From NCBI GenBank assembly GCA_964276515.1, contig OZ193909.1, positions 310,001 to 374,000 of the forward strand: DNA of 64,000 bases, given 5' to 3'. Each line of letters starts with the position of its first letter. Positions within the stretch are counted from its first letter, which is position 1. The position numbers were made by a program, and so were the translations under genes. The DNA comes from Gordius albopunctatus (lineage: Eukaryota). The notes below the pieces were generated by a model. That model was not told where the DNA came from. It did no database searches and worked only from the letters and a program-made list of their open reading frames with translations. Positions 1 to 13,700 of this stretch are shown one piece after another.

Positions 1-490
1 TTGCGTAATTTTTTCGTGTTTACCTAGTCACATTCAACACATTTAACTACCTATCCGGTGTCTTGCATTTATACTGTTTATTTTTAGAGTTAGCTTAAGT
101 TTAGGATTAAGGTCATTGTACGGTCGGGGATTAAAGTAATAAATTGCGACTACTTTATGTTAGCTGCGAAGAGCATCTTTATTTACACGAGAACCTCTCT
201 TTCATTTAAGCCATATTACATTTAGCAACTTGGTAATTTAACAGTGTGTCTAATAAAATTAATTGGTGGTTAGAAAAAATAGTGCAAACTATCTATATAA
301 GACCTGTGTGGTAAATTTGGTAAATAGTTTATTTGAAAAGATATTCTTTGATACCCTATATATACATATAGTGTTTAATACTTTGATATTATATAATTGT
401 AGATTTAGGCAAAAATAATATAACAACGCTAGAGTATTTCCAGTATAATATAGTACATGGCAGTGTGGTTATTAACCTAAGATAATTAAA

Positions 491-3191
491 TTAGGATGTT
501 GTATTACTCTTTCCACAAGTGACTAAACGATTCATTATTTGATTGGAGCTTTCACGCACCAACGAAACAAAGCTTGTCTTTAAGAAAGATTTTCTAGGCT
601 GAGTATGTGAATTATCAGTATCATCCACAGTAGATATAATCTTGAATGGAGACTTGAGATTAATGCCTATCACCGGTTCCTGAACGTGTTTTATTTGAGG
701 TCGTCGCTTAAATTTTATGGCATGTAATTTCCGATGAGTGGTTATAAGTAACGTGTGAGCAATTTGTTCATAGTCTATAGTATTACACAATTCTCGCTTT
801 TGCCCGTTTGATATTTCTATGAATTGTACGTTATCCGACGGTGACACAATTTTATAAGAGTATATGCAAACATGATTTGTAATGTTCAGATATTCACAAT
901 TATGATAGCCTTCAACTTTCGTCGGAATTGTGGCAAAACTTTGTTTGAATGAAGATGGATCAAAATGTAAAAAATAGATCTTTACCATCGTAGGTGATTG
1001 AACAGCCAACACTAAAACGTTTGTCCACAAGGATATAGCCACTGCTTCTGCATTACGTCCAAGACCTGTCAATCTTTTTGTGTGTATTTTCTCGCCATGT
1101 GAAATAAGTAATGCACCTTCCTTGAGGTACACTAACAAGTTTCCGCGCGCAACGAAATTTTTCAAACGAGTATAGGGAGGTAAGTGAAAATAAAATATGG
1201 CGTCGTCAAACGGCATACCGAAATTTATAACTTGGACGCATCGACCAGTCTTAAGATTCCATACTCGAGCATCACCTTGCAGTGAAAACGATGTAAGTAT
1301 CGAATCAAATATCCGTAAGTAAAGGACCCTCTTCGGATGTCCCTTCATGGTATATAAGAGACGCACTTTCGGCGATAGGCTATGCGTTTGCAGGATACCA
1401 GTCTTGTAGCTTTGGTTTTTATGGGAGTGTCCTGAAAGTCTCCATACCTGGACGGTATTGTTGGGGCCATCAGTAGCCACTATATTTTGCCATACACTTA
1501 CGGTTTCGGGTGAATGCGCAGAAAGAAAACCAGCCACTTGAACAACCACTAATGTTTCAGCTCCTTTACCATAGGTAGGTGGAGAAAGAAATGGTTTATC
1601 GAGGGGTTCCGCAAATGTTAGATCAAAAGAGTTATTTGTTTGATTCGGAGATAATGCGTGAGGTGATCGGTATTCGTCGAGGGTGCATATTGTCATGGTG
1701 TTGTCGTAACTTATGGTTAAAAATCTCAAAACATTCTCACGACCACGGGATTGACAGGGATATAATATAATATCAGTCACGGCACTTTTATGTGCCCTAA
1801 CTTGAGCAGCGGGATGCGATAGTGATTTTCTGGAAAAGTTTTCCGAACCTAATGAAGCAAAGGCGCACCCAACGGGCAATTGAGGATTTATTGAAATATC
1901 CCAAACAGCGATGTCGCCATTGCAATGTCCTGTCACTACATATGTTCCCGCCCAGAACTTTGAAGCCGTTATGTTAAGGCCATTTATATCGTTACCGGAA
2001 TTTTTGATGAATCGGGTAGAATGTGGAATTAAATGAGAACGAGGCTTGTTCGTTTGCGTCGCCATCTTTCTCGATGAATACCATGTTAGGTAATAATATT
2101 TCCAAGCTTTGTTATCGTTCCATATATTGAATCGGGCTCTCTTGTTCAGTATTTGATCACGTGATGCCATTCGTGTCATGGTAGAACGTAAGAATTTATC
2201 GGAACTAGGCAAAGGTTTGGACTGTGGTAGAAATAATTGAGCGAGGGTTTGTGTGCCTATATGATGAAATATGCTTAACCTTTTTTTAGCAAAAATAAGT
2301 TTTTTGTGAATATGTTAGAAAATGCTAGAATTAAACCGAGAGAGACGACAGACTGGGATCCATTAAGTATTATGATTATCCCCTACGTTTGATAACGCTT
2401 TATAATTTATATTTTTTACTATAAAAACAATATTATAATATAAGGTACTCATTTCAGCTGTGTTTTATTAGATGTCCACCTTTAAAAGTAATTATTACAA
2501 TTATTAACTAATGGAAACGATGGGTAATACATTTCTCATCATAACTGTTAAAGAATTTGTAATTATTGTTAAACTTAATTAAATAATTTTTAGCCCCACC
2601 GTGAAAATTTTATTCGCATTTTTAATTATAATAAATTCCTTAATAGTTCATTTAATTTTAAAAGTTTCTTGACATCGTAGCAAAAATTGTTAAAATATCA
2701 TTATATACATTTAAGATTTAAAGGGTTTAATTTTTAGTCACATAATCTAAAATAAAAATTGATTTACACCTTTAAATTATACATTAGGTCTATAAAGTTT
2801 TTTACAATAAAATACCGTACAGTTGAAAATCTCTCTACACATTCTAACCTGTGAGTTCGATCAGCTGATCCATAGAAACTTCGTTGTAACAGGCGTTGCG
2901 CCATAATACGTTACTTTGGATGGAATTAAACCAATCCCTACATACTAATTCACATTGGGCCAAAGTGTGTCCGGGAAGATATTTAAAAATTTGCTCTAAA
3001 AGGGGGTCTGTTAATTCATTGAATAATCCTTTGGGGGCGTCATTGATCGAATTATTAAAACGTTTAGACGAATTAACTTCTTTCAACGTCAACGGAAATT
3101 GTGATTTACCATTCCATTTTTCATTTTTTGACATTTTCCATCGACTTCCCAGGGTACCGTAAACGGCTTGATTGTAACATTCGTCACTCAT
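491..3191 (-). CDS. F-box/WD40-repeat protein; 2 exons, complement(join(491..2256,2849..3191))
   Basis: Exon 1 has an F-box (LTDPLLEQIFKYLPGHTLAQCELVCRDW). The GT donor at 2848 and AG acceptor at 2258-2257 join in phase 1 into the 573-aa ORF, which has WD-like motifs (GDIAVWD, AHKSAVTDI, TVQVWRL, GHPKRV, DARVWNL). Confidence 0.8.
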
Positions 3192-4786
3192 GCCAACTTT
3201 GTTTCAAGTTTTTAATGTCAGCTGATTCATTATTAAGATTATTGTTGTGGATATGTGGGAAAATAAATAATTAAAAAATACGACTATGGCGCGACTTTAT
3301 GCCACGTATATATTATTCAAACAAACAATATCGTCCTTTATGTGTTATTATTTTGATGACAATGGGAATTATTTAATGCCACACGGGCTATATAAAGGTA
3401 TGATGTGCGTTTCTTTGTGCAAATACATTGCTTGTATTATGATCGTGTGCACTCCTCTCTTAAACGACATCGCTTTGCCCCCCCCCATCTCCGCCCCCAA
3501 CCCCTCTCCCCTTTGTACTAATCTAATACTACTACCTGAACGCGGGATGGCAAATAAATGCCATACCAGCCCGCGTTTAGCCCCAGGGGTAATCAGAATC
3601 ACTTCATCATATCCTATCCCCAAATTGTGTCTAGAAACGAACGATTAATGCAAATTAACCCATCACAATGTCAAATCGTGGTAGAATGTGATGCGAATAT
3701 AATATTTCACTTCCTTTAAATAATAACTTTTATGCTTAATCGAAAGCTTGTTTGTTGTGGGTAGTTACACAAATCATTCATGGCAAGTTGTTGCTCATAA
3801 ACCGCTCTTCCCCGCTTTCCAAGCTGGTATAGCAAATGAATTAGTTAGTATATTCTTTTTGTATTTTCACCAATTACATTTAAATTTTACAACTGAAAAC
3901 AATGATAAAAATTATTTATTTAAAAGTAGGCATACATTTTGACGACACATTAAAACGGGCGAAACGGAATTATAAAAATAATTGCTAAAAGAAGGATCTA
4001 AAAAACGATCGCCTAGCAAAAAAACTCATAACTTTTTCTAGAGATATTTTGATATCAAAAAACATGGATATGTTTGAATTCTAAGCTATTAAATTTTTTA
4101 TATCAGCTCTACACATTATGCGACTTTCCCTCGAGCACCAAGTATTGGGGTTACCTATATATAATGATCACAGGTGCAAGGGCAGGTCATAGAGCTACAA
4201 AGTCGCGTTGGGATGAATGGGTGTCAACTAGGGGGCGTTAAATACAAATAAAGCGGGAAACCTTGTAATAAAGTCGAATTTATCTCAATCATATACAATT
4301 CATTCACTTACCTACCTTTCAGCATGTGACCTTAAAATGAATTGGGTAAAATTAATATGGCACATCTCCTAAGGTTACTACAATTAACAATCGATAAATT
4401 AGTCAACCGTTCAGGGATTGCTATTAAAACCGATTTTCGGGTCATACATTTATTACACCAAACAAACGAGGTCATTTTTGAAGATTTAAAATTGCTAATA
4501 AAATTTTGCACTAAATCCAATAAAAATTAAATGCAAAAAAATAAAATGTATGAGCCACATTATACTTTTAAAAATAATACGAGGATTAAAACATCTTAGA
4601 AAATTTCAAGCCATGTTTACAAACAAGAATTATCTTTTTGGTCATTTGTTGATATCACACTTTGCAAAGGGTTAAATTTAAATGTGCCATATAGTTTTTC
4701 AACAATTAAAATCCTAATGGTTAAGGAAATATTATCTAAACATTCCTATTATCCCACGTTAATGCTCATTAAAGTATATTATAACT

Positions 4787-4962
4787 CATCGGCGTAGCTA
4801 GCATTGGGATTAGAGGGGGGGGCAATAATGATTTAGGGAGGGACAAAATAATATTTTTTTGAAATTTTAGCCCCATAATATAAATAAATTTTAACAAATT
4901 TTTGGATTTAGAGAGGGGCAGCCGCCCCTCCCTGCCACCCCCCCCCCTTGGCTACGCCTATA
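4787..4962. mobile_element. ~175-bp hAT-type MITE (CAnnGGCGTAGC...GCTACGCC family)
   Basis: Terminal inverted repeat GGCGTAGC/GCTACGCC and G/C runs. Flanks ttataact/ttataata match at 6/8. Homologous to copies at 26838, 35610 and 42497. Confidence 0.7.
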
Positions 4963-6369
4963 TTATAATAACTAAAAAATCGTAGAGAAAACTTCAAACT
5001 TTGATAGTAGTCACCAACACGAATTTGAATTTCATTATAATTTATACTTGAATCATTTAAGCACGATTTATTTCGAAGGCAATTCATTAAAACTGATTCT
5101 ACTTTTTTTAAATGAGGCAATCACTGGTGTAGCCAGCAGGGTAAGGATATGATTTTTATATGATTAGCGTTAAAAATAAAAAAAGTATTTATTATGCCCC
5201 CCACCCACCTATTTAAACTTAACATTAATTCATAATGAAACTCATTGGCAAATTTAGAAGGTTATTTAAATTTTTATTATTCAAATCGAATATCAATATG
5301 AGATTACTAGTTGCGTTTGAGTAATCATCCCCCCTTCATTTCCTTCCTACCACCAATTTTGAATTTATATGGACATCAGAAATTTTGTTTTGTAGTATGA
5401 CGACGGAAAATCGGTTTAATGGCTGTGTTTAATCAGTGCTCACAGAAAGCTTGTGTATGAAAAAATAGACTATATAAAGTCATAGAAAGATAGCTTTATT
5501 ATGATATAACTTTAATTTTCTTTTTATAATTTAAAAATAAAAAACGATCAAACATTTTATATTTGTCCATATGAATTGCTGATGAATTTTTATTTGGGTT
5601 GAGACTAGAGACCTGAAAAATTCATTTTTCTAAGCCCTGGCCTAGACCTAAAATTTTAAATTAAAAAAACTAGAATCCAAACTTGCCCCCGAATTTCTAA
5701 GTTAAATATAGAGCCTTCTTCAAAAACCAACTTTTATCTTTTGGCTATTCTCCTATTTCAATAGTGGTCAACATTTTATTGATTTAAAATTGGGGACATT
5801 AAAGTTTTAAAAATTTATTGAAAATGTACTATAAAACCATGAGATACAAAGTCGGGTTTATATCTGATTTTACCCATCACTGGCATTCTTAGAAAACCTT
5901 AAAGATGATTAAAACCTGAACAATTTGTTGATCTTATTACATTTTGAAATATGTGAGGAGCCTTCAAGTATACACTTTTTATTTTGCTTATAAAATATAT
6001 GAATGTTTAACGTATTTTAAGAAGCCTATTCCCGATATTGTTTCAATATGCGAAGAAAAATTAATAAATTAATCAAGACTTAAGGTTATGGTTACGAGTA
6101 AAGTATTGGCTCACCAGAGGGCCTTATAGGGCAAAAGTTACAAAAGTAGCGGCTATAATAAAATGGAAGAGACTGTTGAACAATACTTATCAATATGGGG
6201 AGAAATAATGAGACATGCTGATTTATAAAATAGTCCGTGTAAGGATCAGTGGAATGGTATAGCCTGCACAATGCGAAAACGGGACGATCAATATTAGGTG
6301 AAAGCAAGCCAATTAAATTAACAAAGAATTGTACTCTTTAAAGGAATAAGTGCAAATAAATAACAAAGA

Positions 6370-8690
6370 AAAGAAGGGATTTTACAAACTTTGGTTAAAA
6401 AGGGATGGTAATGGTTAGAAAGCTTACCAAATAGCTAAAATATTGGCCAAATAACACGCAGCCAAATGGTGAACGAATCTCTGATTTATCTATTATAAAA
6501 TCGCACAGTTACGGGCCAAAAATTCCAAAGATTTGGCGCGATTCCAGCGAATCAAAAGACAAAAAGGAGGAATATAAACACACGACAGCCATATATTACA
6601 AATATGATATTACAGTAATTTATTAATTAAAAGGGGGCTCTTAGTCGAAGATTAAATTCAAGAAAGTATAATAGGAAAATTAGACCCAACGAATCGGATC
6701 TCGGAACCAAGGTCAAAGTTGCTTTGGGTAAACTAAAGTTCTCTCGGTCCTGACAACATACCAATAGAAAACTCTAAAGCGTTAGGCAATAGGGGTGTCA
6801 AAATTCTCGTAAAATAATAACAATATCTTTAAAACGGGTAAAAAATAATACCGATATACAAGATTAAAGGTAATGTTCAGGATTGTGACAACTACAGAGA
6901 GATAAAGCGTAAGAGACACACTTTTAAAGCGTGGGATAAAGTGATCGAAAAACGGAATAAGAGATTAGTAAAAATTCGAGACAATCAATTCGGATTTATG
7001 CCCGAGAGTGTTCAATTCAGGGAATATACAATACACAATCCAAATTTAGTATATCCACAAGACCAAGATCACAATTATCGAATGATGATAAAAATTAGTG
7101 TCTTCCAGTATTGACGAAACAAAGACAATAAAAAATATAATCGAATCCATCAATATATAAAAAATGTATGTGTTGTCTCCCCTGTCTTTCCCTTTTTAAT
7201 CACTTCATATGTCTATATCCTTCGGTCACATTATTTGTTTTTCCTTTATTCTCCACACCCGCCTTTGTGTCGATACGTGTCGTTGACTAAGCACAACAGA
7301 GAGGTCTACAGCACATGTACTGAACAGTGTTAGAAGATTAATGGAATTGTTTAGAGAAAGGGAGGAGGATTCGCACATCTCTTACATCGATCTTGAAGCG
7401 GCGCTTGATTACGTCCCTATGACATTATGCGTATTTGCTCAAGTGATCTAATGCTCAAGTAATCTAAAATTTGCAAAGAATGCTTATAACTAATTAATTT
7501 TATATTTAATCATGTTAAAAACGCTTTAAAAGGTTGCAAAAACATATATTAAGCATATAATATATGAAGATTCGCTTTTTTATTGCTGCATATATATTTT
7601 CTTTCATATTAAGCATATAATATATGAAGTTCAAATTTTTTATTATTTTCTTTCATAGGTTAGGTTAAATGCTTTATAATAAGTTAATATGTGTTTACAA
7701 TACTTTATAGGGTTAGGGTTAGAGATATACTTATCGAATAATGTTTAAATTACAATTTTTGTGCATTAGATTACTTGAGCATTAGACCGGTTGAGTATAA
7801 ATCACATTATGATGTCTTAAGATGCCAGACCTATACGTCAGCGCCATATATGCGCAAGGAATTTAGAACGTAAGTTAAAAGAACGATGGGGACTACAAAG
7901 GGTTTTGCCATCAACACTGGATTCCATTAAGGTTAAGCTATTAGTCCCTTCTTATTCTTAAAGATAATGTATTTTATTAGAAAAGTATTTGGGCAAAGAA
8001 GATCCCTGGGCAATGATTTTGCATACCATAAAATCCTATGTGCCAATGAACAAGAATTGCTTAAAATTTTTAATAGATGAGTAAATGCAATATAAGAGAG
8101 TCGTCACAAAGGTATCGAAAGAAAACAGAATATATGACAAAGTTTAAATAAGATGAGGATCAGCAATGTGCATCCCATATATTAGGCGAATGGGAATTTA
8201 AAAGGGCTGAATCCTTCAAATATCTACGATCTACACTTCAGACAGGTGGTGGAACGGATAAAGAAATCCAATCAATGATAAATTTCGGATTGCGGAAATG
8301 GGGAGAGGCGCTTTTGTGAATTCCAACTAGAATCAAAGATGTGAATAGGTCCATCATAGAGGCAACAGTCCTGGATAGCTCGGAATCATAGGCTATACGT
8401 AAGAGGGAAGAGCGACGCCTAGCGTTCATGGAGATGAGAATGCTCCGATGGATATTAGGAGTAAGCAAAAACGAATATAAACACAATGAAGAAATAAGGA
8501 GAAATCTGGGTACAACATCAATGAAGACAAAACTCTTAACAAATTAACTAACATGGTATGGCCACGTAAAGGCGTCAAAAAATTGAGAAAAAAATCAAAA
8601 GGAAGAAGACCCAAGCTTAGGTGGACATAAAATAAGGCACGATATAATCCAGATAAATAAAGATCTATGTAAATTTGGACAAATTTATTT
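6370..8690 (+). mobile_element. Degenerate RTE-clade non-LTR retrotransposon (RT remnant)
   Basis: Fragments in the expected order, with stops and frameshifts: GPDNIPIE..K.LG (~6746), KGNVQDCDNYREIK (~6866), QFGFMP (~6986), LMELFRE..SHISYIDLEAALDYVP (~7338), ISPFLF (~7940), FKYLRSTLQ (~8215), EMRMLRWILGV (~8431). Boundaries are approximate. Confidence 0.8.
7430..7802. mobile_element. MULE-like MITE inserted in the RTE remnant
   Basis: Inverted repeats atgctcaagtaatctaa / ttagattacttgagcat. Flanks gacattatg / cacattatg match at 8/9. Internal ggttagggttag. Confidence 0.65.
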
Positions 8691-10718
8691 TAATGTTGAA
8701 AGGACTGACCACTAGTCTAGGTGATAACAGGAATAAAAATAAAAAACAATTGGTAACATAAATCTAAAATCGTGGCGTCCAGGTAATGGAAACCAATATT
8801 GATGACCTATTGCACTAAAACGATCATCTAATTTGTGTTTTTAAAACACCTCCCCCTCCCCTCTGGTGAGAACGAGGGTAAAAAATAAGGGGGGTAGGCA
8901 AATCACACCCTCCCCTCTGGTAAGAAAGAGGGTAAAAAATAGGGGGGGGGGCAAAGTTCTTAAATTATTTATGATATTGTTAAAAATAAATATCATGATA
9001 AAGATTTATTAAGGGCCAGGGGATGAGACATACAGTATATATAAAACAAAGTTTTTAAGACAAAAGAAAATAAAAAAATTAAAACATATGTTTTTCTGCC
9101 AACTCGGATTTTGGCTTACAATATTAAACTATATAATTATAGCAATAATATAATCTGTAGACAATGATATACAAATATACTTATTCACATATACAACATC
9201 ATATACGACAGATATATAATATATGATTAAAATTGTAATTTTAAAAAATAGCAATTCAATTTACTATCTGCTCAAATTTACTGCTCGAGCTTCTGCTAAA
9301 TTTTTTAACAGATTTGGCTGCTTCGACTAACCTCTTGAGAATTTTTACATGCTACTGTTAAAACTATTGCGCCGAACAGCTAGAACTCATTGTGTTAAAC
9401 TAGCATATTAAACAGCTAGTGTGCGTGCTCGAGCAAAGCACATAGTTAGCATTGCTAACGCGAGCAATTTAATAACTCTAGCCATTGCTTAATATAGGAC
9501 CAACTCTTTTATATACCAATGAGCTATAAAGACTTAAAAATTAAATTTTGTAAATCCCTATTTTTCTAATAAAATCTTAGCTGCGCACTCATAGTTTGTC
9601 ATATTTGTGTAATTTATTTTGTTTGTTGCTTGATTTTAGCATCAAACTCGTTAATCGATGGATTTTATAATGACACCTACACTTGATTCTGATGGCTCTG
9701 GAAAGCACGCACAATATATGACAAACATTTTTCTTGTACAAGTTAAGCAAGCCAAAATTTCATTGAATACAGGCAGTCATTGACTTTTATAAAAATGTTT
9801 GGTCATTGTCAGATTTGGCACTTAATGTTTGCATGCGAATTCTTTTGAAATGATGTTATCTGTTATCCATTTTTCCAACCGTATTCAAACTCATCCATAT
9901 AAATAAAAGACATGCCATTGTTGCAGGATAGTTTCAAAACATTAGCAAACTAAAATTAAAGGTTTTTTAAATTTAGATTTTCTATTAGGATGGAAGACTA
10001 TTAATTATTACCTCTCTTCCCTATTTAGTGTCTTCCAATACCAAACGAAGTCACGTGCCATGACTTATAATTTTTAAATAAAATTTCCTTTTTCTGCAAG
10101 ATACGTAATTATGAGGTATGACATAACACATATATTGCCTTTCCCAACTCAGTATATTAGTCTCGTTTTTCTTCCCCATTCTATCGACTAATTTGACTTA
10201 TGGAAGCATATAATTTATAGAAAATTATGTATAGGTATCTTATATAAAGAATTTCTTCTTTGATTTGCACATTTTTAACTTTTCCTTTGTACTAGTTTAA
10301 GAAAAAAAGGATAATAAACCAGAGCTTTTTATGGTAATGCTTATTTTTCTATTTCCCTACTTCACATACAGATTTATTTTGGATCAGTACTACTTTTTTG
10401 ATTATATTGCACTTTTAATAACTTAGATAATTAATATTCTTTTTTTTCACTAAAACTTAGTTAAATTTCCTAATTTCAAATTAATGTATAATTACTTTTA
10501 CAACTTTCAAATTATGCTATTCAATAGCAAAACTACTAGGTAGATATATATCTGATAGCTTTATAATTATAAATTACTATTAAGCCATTTTAAAGAAATT
10601 GGGTTATAAGATGGATCACAATTTAATAATACATTTATAGAAATAAGCTATTCGTATTTTAATTGCGATAACACATGATACTCGATACATTCACATACGA
10701 AAAATTTGAATAATCCAT

Positions 10719-13700
10719 ATGGTAACAAATAATGAAAATAATTAATTTTTCTTAGGATAATGGAAATCAGGCTTTTGAAACTAGCTCAGTACCAAGTTTA
10801 AGATACTTTAATGTCTTCTTTTTGGCATGCCAGGTATTTAACTTATAATTTAACGTAAGTTATATTATAGTTTTTAGGGCTATTGGCTGTCATAATGACA
10901 GGAGCTTGGATTAGTAAATTTAAAGGTGGATTAGCATGGCAAAGTGATTCAGAGAGAGAGTTTAATTATCACCCATTGTTCATGATAATTGGCTTTATTT
11001 TTTTAAACATGCAAGGTAATTTTTATACCTATTTTTAACACAATGTAATATCAATTTAACAATATTTAAATATTTTCTTAATATTTATTTTATATTATAT
11101 ACCTTTGTTTAGATTTTCCATATCATTTTAATCATTTAAGTTTATTAATCTATTATAAAAATTAATAGCCTAAAATTTATTTAAATTAAAAAAAAATTGG
11201 GTTAAACTTTCAGGTGGAATCTTGTCAAACAGCTAGTTACTAATGGTGATTATAATCTTAGGAAATTTCTTTAAAAAAAAGAAAATCAGTATCTTAAATG
11301 AAGAAATTGATTTAGATTTAAAATGTTACTATCTTTTTAAATTTTAGAGTAAAGATTGTTTAATTTTTTTCTTCTATTTTTTTTATTGAATGAAACTATA
11401 AACAACTATAAAAATCATATGCGAGGTAAACATTTGAAAATTATGTTTTAGACTCTATAAAACCCCTTGTTGTGTGATTGGTCATATTATTTAAAATTAA
11501 ATTTAAAATCGTTAAAAGAGGAAATTTTCCAACAATTAAAATTTTATTGCACTATCTTTAGAAAAATATAAGTTTTAATTATTACCAGCACATTATATTT
11601 TAATAAAACGTTTAGGCGACTTCACCTGTTTAGTCCATTTCAAGGCATATGTAATGTAATGGCTTTTCTTATCGATTTATCGTTAACACATTAACATCAC
11701 CCCGCGGTCTTAAAATTAATGACTTCCCCATCAGCTTGGCATTGAGAGAATTGGATCGCCAGTGTTTTCACGTCAATCAATTAAAGAAGCGCATTTGTTT
11801 GGATGGGGGGACAATAGGGGGTCGATTGGATAATACACCAAATTGAAGTTATATTTTTCGTCATTATTATTAACATATTTATGATCTCTAAGCATGTAAA
11901 GGAATGTTTACTAATTTATGAAATATTATATATAAACGTAAACGGTAGAAAGATGAGAAATAATTGATTTTTTTGGATTGCATACCTTCTCAGGATTTAG
12001 CTTGTTTGCATCGCAATTAAACTTTCCCCGGTTTGTAGTAAGATAATAAAATTTAGGCACACTTGCCTTGACAAATTTCCTTTGCTTTTCTTCATAGATA
12101 TATTTTGGGGAATTGTCGAGGGTGTTGCAAAATTATTGTAGTAAATATAATATTTCGTCCTCTTAGAGGGAGGACATCGTGAGATAAGTAAAATAGATTT
12201 AAATAAAATATAAACTAGATAGAATGTTCTTTTGGTAGTGATAAATTAGTGTGTATCCAAGGGTAGAGGGGGGGGTACTCTTCCCATATCATCTTCATTT
12301 AAAGTGGGGTTAAGTCTTCTAATAAAGAAGGACTCTAACGTCTTCCTCCCTTCAAAATATGATTTTGTAAAAAGTAGAATTGATTGTTTGAGTTTTGACG
12401 CATGATTTTTCTTTAAAGTGTGGTTAGATACTCGTTTGATAAATTGAGCTACCCTTTTCCCACCTCCTCACCTGTAACCGCTTTAATTTCTCGCCTCAAC
12501 TAAAATTGAATCCATTTAATCGGTCCGCAATGAGGGTATAAGAAAGGCACGTTTATAAATAGTGGGGAAGAAGAAGCTCGCTGCTGAGAATACTAAGGTT
12601 GATTTCCTTGATCCTCGTGGTGTTTAAAGGTGGTAGTAGGAGTTCCACCATTTCCTAGTTTTAAAATTTATAAAACGAGCAAGTTATATTTGATGAGAAC
12701 AACATTTGGATAGGATTCCTTATAAATTATTATTTGAGGCTATCAATTTAGTTGATCCTTTAGGATAAAATCTCTTTTTCCCTTTGTACATGTTTGACAA
12801 TCCCTTTTATTCCAGCGACTATATATACTCTTTAAGCCTTCCACGTCCCCTAATCTAATTGCAACAATGTTGCACCTACCGTCTTGTGACTGAGTCCTGA
12901 AAATAACTGCGCCACGTTAAAGTAAATATACCACAATTGGGACCTATGCGCACATATTTAATTTGAAATATTTAAAGGTGTCGGTGAAAAGGGATTCACA
13001 AATTTTGTAAGGAGTGGTCAGCCGATAATGAGTTAAATAGGAATTAATTTAATTGGGACAGGGTCTGAGTGCGGAAACTATAAGAGTTTTGTTATTTGCT
13101 CGATATCACATTTAGCCCTAAATTTATTTTAGTTAACCATAATAAGCCCCAATGAAAGCATGTTAAATCAGTAAGGTTTAGTAGAACCATGGGCCTCGCA
13201 AGACGGCAAGAGGGTCAGTTAAACCTCAAATAATAACTCATGTTTTAATCTATGAAACATAAAATACCATTGCATAGCCCCCTTTGCTAACACGGTGATT
13301 TAAAAAAACGTTTAATTTGATGTGTGTGTTTTTATAGCTGCGCTGCTGTACAGGGCATTTAGGGACATGAAAAAAGTGACTCTTAAATGGTTGCACGGAT
13401 TCATTAATTTGGCTGCTCTCATCTTCGCAGCTGTGGGATTGAAGGCCGTTTTCGATAGTCACAACTTGAAAAGTCCACCCACACCAAACATGTATTCTCT
13501 TCATTCCTGGATCGGCATCATAACTACCGTCATGTTTGGCCTGCAAGTATATATAAATTATGGATGGATTTTTATTACATTGGATTCCTGTCGATATTGC
13601 TTTATCGAGAAGAAAATAGCGATTTGAGAGCTATTATTAATTGTACCATTATTGAATTGTGAATTTGAGGAGGTTACGTTGTAATTTATTCAAACACTCC

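Noticed and set aside
9270..10020. GCTCGAGC/TAGC-rich segment as a hAT end or ncRNA
   Set aside because: No partner TIR, TSD or convincing protein motif was found.
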